From: Alphaproteobacteria bacterium
Lineage (GTDB): Bacteria > Pseudomonadota > Alphaproteobacteria > Rhizobiales > Rhodomicrobiaceae
NCBI GenBank assembly: GCA_037387425.1
Contig: JARRLC010000001.1
Span: forward strand, 8,753-72,752
Direction of reading: 5' to 3'
Length of the DNA: 64,000 nucleotides
Below the pieces are notes generated by a model, which saw nothing but the letters and a program-made list of their open reading frames with translations, was not told where the DNA came from and searched no databases. Positions 9,718 to 18,400 of the stretch are shown here, piece after piece (position 1 is the first letter of the stretch; the number at the start of each line of letters is the position of its first letter). Position numbers and translations under genes: made by a program.

Positions 9718-11073
9718 ATGCGAGCGGGGAAACTTACATTTGCGCTAACAATCAGGAGGCGGTTCTTTCTCGTGATCGCCACCGCATGCGCAATTATGCT
9801 CGCAGGAACGGGATATGCGGTTCTCTCCTTTCGCTCTCAATTGATCGATATGCATGAGCGCACGGTGGTCAGTCAGCCTTATGAGAACGCTTCCGCCCAT
9901 GACGCTGCAATCGCCGCTATCGACAGTGACATCATCAGCGTTTTGATCCGTCTGGCGCTGGTGTGCGGACCATTCGGCGTGGCGTTCTTCGTGATGGCGT
10001 TGTGGTTGGCGCGAGGAATATCGCGTCCCCTGAACGAGCTGACTGGAAGCCTTAAACAGCTAGCAGACGGTGATCTTGATGCGGAAGTGGGGGGCGGTTC
10101 TCGCGGTGACGAAGTGGGGGCTATCGCTCGCGCCGTTACAGAATTCCGCGAACGGTTGAAAGCCAACGCCGCCGAGAAGATAGCGCAGGAATCCGCCAAA
10201 AAAGCCGCCCAGTATGAAATGATGGCTCGTCAGGCCAGTGCATTTCAAGACGAGATGCTGCTGACGATCAATCGCGTTTGCTCAATGGCTAGCGATTTAA
10301 AGAAATCGGCGAATGGTTTGGGACACGCCGCCGGATCTACACAGCAGCTTACCGGCATGGTGGCGGTTTCATCTGAACTAACCGCTTCAAATGTGGAGGC
10401 GGTTTCAGAAACGTGTGAACAGCTTGCCATTACAGTTACGCAGATTAGCGAACAGGTGAACGCCAGCACCTCTATCGCTGGAGAAGCCGCGCAGCAGGCC
10501 CAGAACACCAGCGATTGCGTAAAGCAGCTCTCCCTGTCAGCGGAGCGCATTGGCGATATTCTCGGCTTCATAAATAAGGTGGCTGAACAGACCAATCTGC
10601 TGGCTTTGAATGCGACTATCGAGGCGGCCCATGCCGGAGATATGGGCAAAGGTTTTGCCGTGGTTGCACATGAAGTCAAAGAGCTTGCGCAGCAGACCGC
10701 CAAGGCGACAGACGAAATCGCCGAACAGATAGGCAGCATACAAGAGGCCACTCAGCAGGCGGTGAACGCCATCGATGGGATTACCAACACGACTAGCCGG
10801 ATGTCGGAAATCGCAGGCGCCATCGCTGCGGCTGTCGAACAGCAAGGCGCCAGCACCAAGGAAATCAGCCGGAACATTAAGGAAGCCGCCGAGGGAACCG
10901 CTGAGGTCGTTTCCGCCATCAAAGATGTAACTGCGGGTAATGACGAAACAGGCGTTGCGGCTCAACAGATGGCTGAATCAGCGAGGGCGATGTCTGACGA
11001 AGCGCCGAAGTTCAAGGATAATCTGGCGAAGTTTCTTGAGGATATCCAAGCAGTGAGAATTTCACTTGGATAA
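9718..11073 (+). CDS. Methyl-accepting chemotaxis protein (short sensor, HAMP, MA domain)
   Basis: [33 protein letters not shown] and a HAMP region ([10 protein letters not shown]). The track ORF begins at TTG 9673; the ATG at 9718 has GGAG upstream. Confidence 0.9.
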   Translation: MRAGKLTFALTIRRRFFLVIATACAIMLAGTGYAVLSFRSQLIDMHERTVVSQPYENASAHDAAIAAIDSDIISVLIRLALVCGPFGVAFFVMALWLARGISRPLNELTGSLKQLADGDLDAEVGGGSRGDEVGAIARAVTEFRERLKANAAEKIAQESAKKAAQYEMMARQASAFQDEMLLTINRVCSMASDLKKSANGLGHAAGSTQQLTGMVAVSSELTASNVEAVSETCEQLAITVTQISEQVNASTSIAGEAAQQAQNTSDCVKQLSLSAERIGDILGFINKVAEQTNLLALNATIEAAHAGDMGKGFAVVAHEVKELAQQTAKATDEIAEQIGSIQEATQQAVNAIDGITNTTSRMSEIAGAIAAAVEQQGASTKEISRNIKEAAEGTAEVVSAIKDVTAGNDETGVAAQQMAESARAMSDEAPKFKDNLAKFLEDIQAVRISLG

Positions 11074-11099
11074 TGCTCCACGCTAAAGGCGGAATGACC

Positions 11100-11340
11100 G
11101 GCCGGGAAGCAGCTCTTCACATTTTGCATCAAGCGTCGCACGTTTTCTAAGATGCTGAAACATTCCATGAGCTGATGGAAGCTGCCGATGAGAAGCGGCT
11201 TTTGCGCATGCAGAAGCAACTGAGCACTTACCACCTCCTGATCATTGACGAACTTGGGCTTTCATGCCCCTATCGAAAACCGGCGCAGAAAATCTGTTCG
11301 AGGTCTTCAGTGGGAGGTATGAGCGCGGCCGAGTAAGCGC
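11100..11340 (+). pseudogene. Remnant of an IS21-family IstB helper ATPase gene (internal fragment, stop codon plus frameshift)
   Basis: My translation of the frame from 11163 gives FHELMEAADEKRLLRMQKQLSTYHLLIIDELG (Walker B region). After a frameshift at ~11259 it continues FMPLSKTGAENLFEVFSGRYERG. There is an in-frame TAA at 11148-11150. No IstA gene or IS ends are visible. Confidence 0.75.
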
Positions 11341-11674
11341 TTGTTGCGCTGTGTTGCTAATTGCGACCAGACAAATGCCGACTGTATACTACTAAACTGA
11401 AATTGTGGTGCATGATTCGACTGGAATTGACACTTCGGGCGAGACCTATTGTCCGTTTATGACTGGGGTTTGTTTTATCCCATCGCAAGTTGTTCCTAGG
11501 GGTGTGCGTAGATGGCACGTTTTAATTTTGCATATAAGTCTAAAAATGGAGCACGAAACGCTTATGGAAAACAAGTCATTCACAAATAATACTTAGGAAT
11601 TATTCTGGAAATTGTTTTGATACACTGACTTCCCGCTATGGTTGCAATAAAACATATGTCGTTAACCTTGGTTC

Positions 11675-11689
11675 TTAAACTAATATTAA
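11675..11689 (+). promoter_or_regulatory. CtrA-box-like motif TTAA-N7-TTAA upstream of the sciP-like gene
   Basis: TTAAACTAATATTAA lies 54 nt upstream of the ATG at 11743 and matches the spacing of the CtrA consensus TTAA-N7-TTAAC. Confidence 0.4.
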
Positions 11690-11742
11690 GTCAGAGAGCG
11701 TAGTTTGAGTTTATACAGGTCAGGTTATGTGTTGAGAGTACG

Positions 11743-12021
11743 ATGACCGAACAGTTCAGACCACGTGCGAAATATGTGATAGGTCCAGACGGCAGCCCGC
11801 TGACGATCGCCGACCTACCACCTTCAGCAACCAAACGGTGGGTTATCCGCCGTAAAGCCGAGGTAGTAGCCGCCGTTCGCGGCGGTCTATTGAGCCTCGA
11901 AGATGCGTGCGCCCGTTACCGGCTCACAGTCGATGAATTCTTAAGCTGGCAGCGCTCAATTGAACGCCATGGATTGGCGGGATTGCGGGCCACACGCTTG
12001 CAGGATTATCGCGCCGGATAA
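11743..12021 (+). CDS. sciP: DUF1153-family HTH protein, SciP-like (CtrA inhibitor family)
   Basis: 92 aa, ...RAKYVIGPDGSPLTIADLPPSATKRWVIRRKAEVVAAVRGGLLSLEDACARYRLTVDEFLSWQRSIERHGLAGLRATRLQDYR. From memory this closely matches the alphaproteobacterial SciP/DUF1153 family. A clean terminator follows. Confidence 0.7.
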   Translation: MTEQFRPRAKYVIGPDGSPLTIADLPPSATKRWVIRRKAEVVAAVRGGLLSLEDACARYRLTVDEFLSWQRSIERHGLAGLRATRLQDYRAG

Positions 12022-12065
12022 ACAGGATAGAACGCGCTAAAAGATTGAAGCCGAGAACTTATATG

Positions 12066-12100
12066 CGGACGTTTCTTCTGGAGACGTCCGTTATTTTTTT
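12066..12100 (+). terminator. Rho-independent terminator after the sciP-like gene
   Basis: CGGACGT-(11 nt loop)-ACGTCCG followed by TTATTTTTTT. Confidence 0.8.
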
Positions 12101-12214
12101 GCGCACCATACCAAGCGTTTCTCCCTGAACGCCTCAGTTCTTGCTGCAAGCTCTATGATCTCGGTCGCCGCTGGGGTCAATTACATGCACCTAATTGCAT
12201 ATAGTGCCGATGGT

Positions 12215-12228
12215 TTACCTATACGTCA
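12215..12228. promoter_or_regulatory. 14-bp imperfect palindrome, distal copy (candidate MerR/LiuR-type operator)
   Basis: TTACCTATACGTCA is the exact reverse complement of the 12414..12427 copy. Confidence 0.35.
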
Positions 12229-12413
12229 TACAAATTACCAATTGCAACTTACCACATATCTGGCACCTTCAATTAACTTCGGTAAAAAACCAAAAACTAG
12301 TTGTTTTCCCATAGATATAGGGAAACTTGAATATTTGACGCCAATCAATACCTGCACTTCACGCATCATTGTTCGCTAGCAATATTGCGATGCTGTGAGT
12401 GTATGCCTAAGAT

Positions 12414-12427
12414 TGACGTATAGGTAA
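12414..12427. promoter_or_regulatory. 14-bp imperfect palindrome, proximal copy 6 nt upstream of the MerR-family gene start
   Basis: TGACGTATAGGTAA has the core T.AC.TATA.GT.A and is self-complementary at 10/14 positions. Confidence 0.35.
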
Positions 12428-12432
12428 GTCGC

Positions 12433-12924
12433 ATGACTAATGAAACAGATCATCTCGTCAACGCAAAGGCAGATGAAATGTACTCGATAACAGACCTAGC
12501 GCATGAACTAGGCATTACCCCGAGAACCCTACGCTTCTACGAGGACAAAGGTCTATTGACCCCCCAACGGGTTGGCGGAACACGCGTATATCTGCAAAGG
12601 GACAGGGCGCGGCTTATTCTAATCTTGCGCGGTAAACGTCTCGGTTTTTCGCTCAAGGAAATCGGCGAATATCTTGATCTTTATGACGCTGACAAAACCC
12701 AACGCGTACAGATCGACAAGCTGTTGAAACTGGTTCGGGAGCGCATCGGCCTTCTCGTACAACAGCGCGACGCGTTGGAAGAGACCTTAACTGAGCTGAG
12801 GGAAATCGAACAGCTCTCCTTGGAAGCCATCGAAAAATCCGAGCAACAAGACAAACAAAGCTCCGATCAGAATGCAAAGGCTTCAGGAACCGAGCCGTCG
12901 TTAGGAAGCAAGAAAAACACCTGA
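12433..12924 (+). CDS. MerR-family transcriptional regulator (LiuR-like, heads the acyl-CoA catabolic cluster)
   Basis: N-terminal HTH YSITDLAHELGITPRTLRFYEDKGLLTPQRVGGTRVY followed by a coiled-coil dimerisation helix. Confidence 0.85.
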   Translation: MTNETDHLVNAKADEMYSITDLAHELGITPRTLRFYEDKGLLTPQRVGGTRVYLQRDRARLILILRGKRLGFSLKEIGEYLDLYDADKTQRVQIDKLLKLVRERIGLLVQQRDALEETLTELREIEQLSLEAIEKSEQQDKQSSDQNAKASGTEPSLGSKKNT

Positions 12925-12990
12925 GCCGTCTCAAGAGAGGCGACCACAGAACATGCGGAATCAGCATTTAACACTAGGAGAAGCAACATA

Positions 12991-14133
12991 ATGAATGCCG
13001 CGGTTATTGCAGGATATGTCCGGTCGCCATTCCATCCCGCAAAGCGAGGTGATCTGACAAGCGTACGTCCAGACGAGCTTGCCACGGTTGTTGTGCGCGA
13101 CCTCGTAGCGCGCAGCAAAGTTAATCCGGACGATATTGAAGATGTCCTGATGGGGTGCGCGTTCCCCGAGGCGGAGCAAGGTTTCAATATCGCGCGTCTC
13201 GTTGCGCTTATGGCTGGCATTCCTCAAGCCGCCGGGGGCGCGACCATTAACAGATTTTGCGGTTCATCCATGAACGCCGTTCACTCTGCGGCGGGAAGCA
13301 TCGCCATGGGAGCCGGCGAAGTCTTCGTGTGCGCGGGCGTCGAAAGCATGACGCGAGTGCCGATGATGGGGTTCAACCCAATGCCGCACGCGAAATTCGC
13401 CGCCGAGCGTCCAGACGCCTATATGGGTATGGGCGATACAGCGGAAAATATCGCCCAGCGCTGGCAGATCTCACGGCAGGAGCAGGAAGCATTCGCTGTT
13501 GAATCACATCGCCGCGCTACCGAAGCGCGCGCTGCTGGCAAGTTGCAGTCCGAAATCGTGGCTGTTGAAACAAAACGCGGCACCGTCTCAGAAGACGGAT
13601 GCATTCGCCCCGAAACAACAGCCGAAGGATTGGCGACCTTAAAACCTGCATTCAGCGCTGATGGTTCGGTTACCGCTGGCACATCTTCGCCACTCACGGA
13701 CGGCGCTTCCGCCGTTCTCGTCACCAGCGAGACTTACGCCCGCAATAACGGGCTGGATATTCTGGCGCGCATTAAGAGCGTAGCCATTGCCGGTTGCGAT
13801 CCGGCGATTATGGGCATCGGCCCTGTTGCTTCAACGAAAAAGGCGTTGGCCCGTGCGGGTATCGAAGTCGGGCAACTTGACGTTATTGAGCTGAACGAAG
13901 CCTTCGCCAGCCAATCTATCGCCTGTATTCGAGACCTCGGCATGAGCGACATGCTGAGCAAAATCAATATTGACGGCGGCGCCATTGCTCTTGGTCATCC
14001 GCTTGGCGCGACCGGCGCCCGCATCGTCGGCAAGGCCGCAAGCCTTCTGAAGCGCGAGGGCGGCCAGTTTGCACTCGCCACTCAGTGCATCGGTGGTGGC
14101 CAGGGCATCGCAACCGTGTTGGAGGCCGCATGA
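12991..14133 (+). CDS. Acetyl-CoA C-acyltransferase (thiolase)
   Basis: Active-site NRFCGSSM and C-terminal QCIGGGQGIA. 380 aa. Confidence 0.92.
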   Translation: MNAAVIAGYVRSPFHPAKRGDLTSVRPDELATVVVRDLVARSKVNPDDIEDVLMGCAFPEAEQGFNIARLVALMAGIPQAAGGATINRFCGSSMNAVHSAAGSIAMGAGEVFVCAGVESMTRVPMMGFNPMPHAKFAAERPDAYMGMGDTAENIAQRWQISRQEQEAFAVESHRRATEARAAGKLQSEIVAVETKRGTVSEDGCIRPETTAEGLATLKPAFSADGSVTAGTSSPLTDGASAVLVTSETYARNNGLDILARIKSVAIAGCDPAIMGIGPVASTKKALARAGIEVGQLDVIELNEAFASQSIACIRDLGMSDMLSKINIDGGAIALGHPLGATGARIVGKAASLLKREGGQFALATQCIGGGQGIATVLEAA

Positions 14134-16457
14134 TTCGCGAGATCAATAAAGTCGCCGTTATCGGCGCGGGCGTCATGGGGGCTGGCATCGCTGCCCAGAT
14201 TGCCAATTCTGGTGTGCAGGTTGTCTTGCTCGATATCGTTCCCGAAGGTGCGGCTGACCGCAGCATCATCGCCAGGAAAGCGATTGAAAAGCTAATAAAA
14301 ACAGACCCGGCTCCGTTGATGAGCAAGCGTAACGCCAAGCTTATCACGCCCGGCAATATAGAAGACGATTTGGGGCTTCTCGCCGATTGCGATTGGATTA
14401 TTGAGGCGGTGATAGAACGCCTCGACATTAAGCAGACGCTTTATGCAAAACTCCAAGCCGTTCGCAAAGCCGGTTCGATAGTGTCATCGAACACCTCGAC
14501 AATTCCGCTCGCCAAGCTGGTGGAAGGGCAACCAGAACAGTTTGCGCAAGACTTTCTGATCACCCACTTTTTCAACCCGCCGCGTTATATGCGTCTTATG
14601 GAAGTTGTCGCTAGCCCTCAGACAAGCGCTGAAACCGTTACGGCTATCGAGCAGTTTTCAGATGTCAGGCTCGGCAAAAGCGTGGTGCGCTGCAACGATC
14701 GGCCTGGCTTCATCGGTAACCGGCTTGGCGTTTACTGGCTTCAGGTCGCGGTGGTAAAGGCGATAGAACACGGCATCACCATCGAAGAGGCCGACGCGAT
14801 TATTTCCAAGCCTCTAGGCATCCCCAAAACCGGCGTTTTCGGCTTGCTGGATCTGGTCGGGCTTGATCTGATGCCGCATATTAATGCGAGCATGGCGGCT
14901 AATCTGCCTCCGGATGATCCATTCCTCGCTGTCAACAAGCCGCTCCCCCTCGTGGATAAGATGATCGCCGAAGGCTACACCGGCCGCAAAGGTAAAGGCG
15001 GCTTCTACCGGCTGAACCGCACAGGTGGGGCTAAGGTCAAGGAAGGGATCGACCTGGCAACCGGCGAATATCGCAAAAGCCAAAAGCCGGATGTTTCCGC
15101 CCTCGCTGCTGCCCGAAAAGACCTCACGAAACTCTTCACCGTTGATGCGCGGCTAGGCCGTTACGCCCTGGACGTGATGGGAGCGACCCTCAGCTATGCA
15201 GCCAGGCTCGTTGGCGACGCGGCGGACAGCGCCGACAAAATCGATGAAGCGATGCGGCTCGGCTATAACTGGAAATACGGCCCCTTCGAACTCATCGACA
15301 AACTTGGCGCCGATTGGGTAATCGCGGCTTTCCAACAAGCAGGACTTCCCGTCGCGCCAATTCTGGAACAAGCACGTAAGCGTTCGTTTTATCGCGTCGA
15401 AAACGGCGAGCGCCATGTTCTCGGGCTTGATGGCAATTACACAGATGTGGTGCGCCCTGAAGGCGTGGTCATGCTCGCGGACGTTAAGCTCAGATCCGCG
15501 CCTATCATTAAGAACGGTTCCGCAGCTTTGTGGGATGTCGGCGACGGCGTTGCCTGCTTTGAATTCACCAGCAAGATGAACTCTATCGACAATGGCACGT
15601 TTGAGCTTCTCGGCAAATCTCTTGCCATTGTCGCCAAGCAGTTCAAGGCGTTGGTTCTTTATAATGAGGCCTCGCATTTTTCCGCTGGGGCCAATCTCGG
15701 CATGGCCAGCTTCGCGATGAACATTGCCGCCTGGCCACTCATCGAGGAACTGGTCGAAGGCGGGCAAAAAATGATGAAAGCCATGCGGGATGCGCCGTTC
15801 CCGGTTGTTGGCGCGCCCTCGGGCATGGCGCTTGGCGGAGGCTGCGAATTCCTCCTGCATTGCGACGCCGTCCAAGCCCATGCGGAAACCTATATGGGGC
15901 TCGTTGAGGTTGGCGTCGGCCTCATTCCCGGATGGGGCGGCTGTAAAGAGATGCTCGCCCGCTGGTCCGAACCTGGAAAGTTGCCGAATGGTCCTATGCC
16001 TGCGGTCGGCAAAGCGTTCGAACTCATCTCAACGGCCACCGTTTCAAAATCGGCGAACGAGGCAAAAGACTACGGCTATATGCGCCAAAACGACGGCATA
16101 ACGATGAACCGCTACCGGCTTCTCGCTGACGCCAAGAAAAAGGCGCTGAGCCTTGTGGAAGGCTACCAACCGCGGACCACGCCCACCTATAGGTTGCCCG
16201 GTCCGACAGGCAAGACAGCCATGATGATGGCCGTTGACGGCTTTCATAAGCTTGGAAAAGCCACCGATTACGATCTTGTGGTTGCTAACGCGCTGGCTAA
16301 CGTGCTGTCCGGCGGAGATACCGACTTCATCGAAGAAATGTCCGAGGACGATGTCTTGGCGCTAGAGCGCAAGAACTTCTACAAGCTCGTGCGCGAAAAG
16401 GGCACAGCCGCCCGCATCGCCCACATGCTGGAAACTGGAAAACCCCTCAGGAACTGA
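14130..16457 (+). CDS. 3-hydroxyacyl-CoA dehydrogenase / enoyl-CoA hydratase-family fusion protein
   Basis: MIREINKVAVIGAGVMGAGIA (NAD fold) at the N-terminus and a crotonase-like C-terminal half. The ATGA overlap with the thiolase stop (14130-14133) suggests translational coupling. The track ORF start at 14085 is probably too far upstream. Confidence 0.9.
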   Translation: MIREINKVAVIGAGVMGAGIAAQIANSGVQVVLLDIVPEGAADRSIIARKAIEKLIKTDPAPLMSKRNAKLITPGNIEDDLGLLADCDWIIEAVIERLDIKQTLYAKLQAVRKAGSIVSSNTSTIPLAKLVEGQPEQFAQDFLITHFFNPPRYMRLMEVVASPQTSAETVTAIEQFSDVRLGKSVVRCNDRPGFIGNRLGVYWLQVAVVKAIEHGITIEEADAIISKPLGIPKTGVFGLLDLVGLDLMPHINASMAANLPPDDPFLAVNKPLPLVDKMIAEGYTGRKGKGGFYRLNRTGGAKVKEGIDLATGEYRKSQKPDVSALAAARKDLTKLFTVDARLGRYALDVMGATLSYAARLVGDAADSADKIDEAMRLGYNWKYGPFELIDKLGADWVIAAFQQAGLPVAPILEQARKRSFYRVENGERHVLGLDGNYTDVVRPEGVVMLADVKLRSAPIIKNGSAALWDVGDGVACFEFTSKMNSIDNGTFELLGKSLAIVAKQFKALVLYNEASHFSAGANLGMASFAMNIAAWPLIEELVEGGQKMMKAMRDAPFPVVGAPSGMALGGGCEFLLHCDAVQAHAETYMGLVEVGVGLIPGWGGCKEMLARWSEPGKLPNGPMPAVGKAFELISTATVSKSANEAKDYGYMRQNDGITMNRYRLLADAKKKALSLVEGYQPRTTPTYRLPGPTGKTAMMMAVDGFHKLGKATDYDLVVANALANVLSGGDTDFIEEMSEDDVLALERKNFYKLVREKGTAARIAHMLETGKPLRN

Positions 16458-16475
16458 CAGTGAGGAACTGATCTT

Positions 16476-18269
16476 ATGCCGACCTATCAAGCACCCCTGC
16501 GTGACATGCGCTTTGTGCTCTACGAACTCTTCGAAGGCGAAAAACTGTCCGAGCTGCCGGGGTATGAAGATTTTACCGCTGATCTTATCGACCCGGTTCT
16601 CGAAGAGGCCGCCAAGATTTGCCAGGATGTTCTTCAGCCGATTAATCGATCTGGCGATGAAGAAGGCTGCCATTTCGAAGACGGCGTTGTGCGCACCCCT
16701 AAGGGCTACAAAGAAGCTTACAACACTTTCCGCGATGGCCAATGGCCGTCCATTAGCGCCGATCCGGCCCATGGCGGCCAAGGCATGCCAAAGTGCATCG
16801 GTACCCTCTTTGAGGAAATGATATGCTCGTCGAACCTGTCGTTTGGCTTTTATCCGGGGTTGACACAAGGCGCTTATGAAGCCCTGCACAGCTACGCCTC
16901 TGATGAGTTGAAAGCCACCTATCTGCCGAAAATGGCTGAAGGCGTTTGGTCCGGCACCATGTGTCTGACCGAAGATCACTGCGGCACCGACTTAGGATTA
17001 CTGCGCACCAAGGCGACGCCTCAAGAAGATGGCACGTACAAAATTTCAGGCTCCAAAATATTCATCTCGTCCGGCGAGCATGATCTGACAGAGAATATCA
17101 TTCACCTGGTTCTCGCTCGTCTGCCGGACGCCCCCCAAGGAATTAAGGGGATCAGCCTGTTTCTGGTGCCCAAATTCCTGCCCAATGCCGATGGAAGCGT
17201 AGGCGCGCGAAATGGCGTCGTTTGCGGCTCCATCGAGCACAAAATGGGTATCAAGGCGTCTCCCACATGTGTGCTGAATTTCGATGACGCAACCGGCTGG
17301 CTCGTTGGCGAACCGAACAAAGGCATGCAAGCCATGTTCGCCATGATGAACGCCGCGCGCCTGGGCGTGGGAATTCAAGGGCTTGGCATCGCCGAGGCTT
17401 CTTATCAAGGAGCTGTGGCTTACGCTCGCGAGCGCTTGCAAGGCCGGGCGCTAACCGGGGCTAAACATCCGGACAAAAAGGCCGATCCCATCATCGTGCA
17501 TCCGGATGTCCGCCGTATGCTTCTGACGCAACGGGCTTACACAGAAGGTTGCCGCGCATTAGGGATCTGGGCTGCCTATTCTCTGGATTTGCAAACGCAT
17601 CATCCAGACCCGGAAGTACGCGCGGATGCTGAAGATTTCGTCGCCCTCATCACGCCGATCGTCAAAGCTCTGCTTTCCGATGTCGGCTTTGATGTCGCGA
17701 ATATCGGCGTTCAAGTCTTTGGTGGGCACGGTTACATCCGCGAGCACGGCATGGAGCAACTGGTGCGCGATGCCCGGATTACGCAACTCTATGAAGGCAC
17801 GAACGGCATTCAAGCACTCGACCTTGTAGGCAGAAAAATGCCCAAGCAGGGCGGACGTCTGTTGCGGCAATTCTTCCACCCCGTCGCCAACTATATCGAA
17901 AAGCATCAGACGAACGAGGAGCTGGCTCCGTTTGTTCCACCGCTGGCAAAAGCTTTCGGGCGTTTGCAGCAGGCCACTGCACGCATCGCGCAAAAAGGGC
18001 TGGCGAATCCGGATGAAGCCGGGGCGGCGGCGACAGATTATCTGCGTATGTTCGGTTTAACGGCCCTCGCCTATCTCTGGGTGCAGATGGCGGAAATCTC
18101 TCTCAAAAAACTGAAAGAAGACCCTGGTGGAGAGGAACAGTTTTACAAAGCAAAGATCGCCACGGCAAAGTTCTACTTTAGTAGGATCCTGCCGCAAGGC
18201 GGCGCATTATTTGCGCAGATCATGTCAGGGGCAGAAACCTTAATGAGCTTCGATGAGGAAGCTTTTTAA
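16476..18269 (+). CDS. Acyl-CoA dehydrogenase (long ~600-aa type with C-terminal extension)
   Basis: ACAD N-terminal, middle and C-terminal domain pattern (e.g. GSKIFISSGEHD, YEGTNGIQALDLVGRK). Confidence 0.9.
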   Translation: MPTYQAPLRDMRFVLYELFEGEKLSELPGYEDFTADLIDPVLEEAAKICQDVLQPINRSGDEEGCHFEDGVVRTPKGYKEAYNTFRDGQWPSISADPAHGGQGMPKCIGTLFEEMICSSNLSFGFYPGLTQGAYEALHSYASDELKATYLPKMAEGVWSGTMCLTEDHCGTDLGLLRTKATPQEDGTYKISGSKIFISSGEHDLTENIIHLVLARLPDAPQGIKGISLFLVPKFLPNADGSVGARNGVVCGSIEHKMGIKASPTCVLNFDDATGWLVGEPNKGMQAMFAMMNAARLGVGIQGLGIAEASYQGAVAYARERLQGRALTGAKHPDKKADPIIVHPDVRRMLLTQRAYTEGCRALGIWAAYSLDLQTHHPDPEVRADAEDFVALITPIVKALLSDVGFDVANIGVQVFGGHGYIREHGMEQLVRDARITQLYEGTNGIQALDLVGRKMPKQGGRLLRQFFHPVANYIEKHQTNEELAPFVPPLAKAFGRLQQATARIAQKGLANPDEAGAAATDYLRMFGLTALAYLWVQMAEISLKKLKEDPGGEEQFYKAKIATAKFYFSRILPQGGALFAQIMSGAETLMSFDEEAF

Positions 18270-18400
18270 TCACAGCAAGTTTTTATCCGCAGGAGATGCG
18301 AGAAGCAGTTCAGATTGCATCTCCTGCAAAAAAATGCTGGGCTAACAATACGAAAACCGGGAACGCCCCGGAGCCAATGATAAGTGTTGGGAGTAACGTC

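Noticed and set aside
11662-11678. A second CtrA-like site, TTAACCTTGGTTCTTAA, just upstream of the reported one.
   Set aside because: The spacer between the TTAA half-sites is 9 nt rather than the required 7. Only the adjacent TTAA-N7-TTAA (11675-11689) fits.
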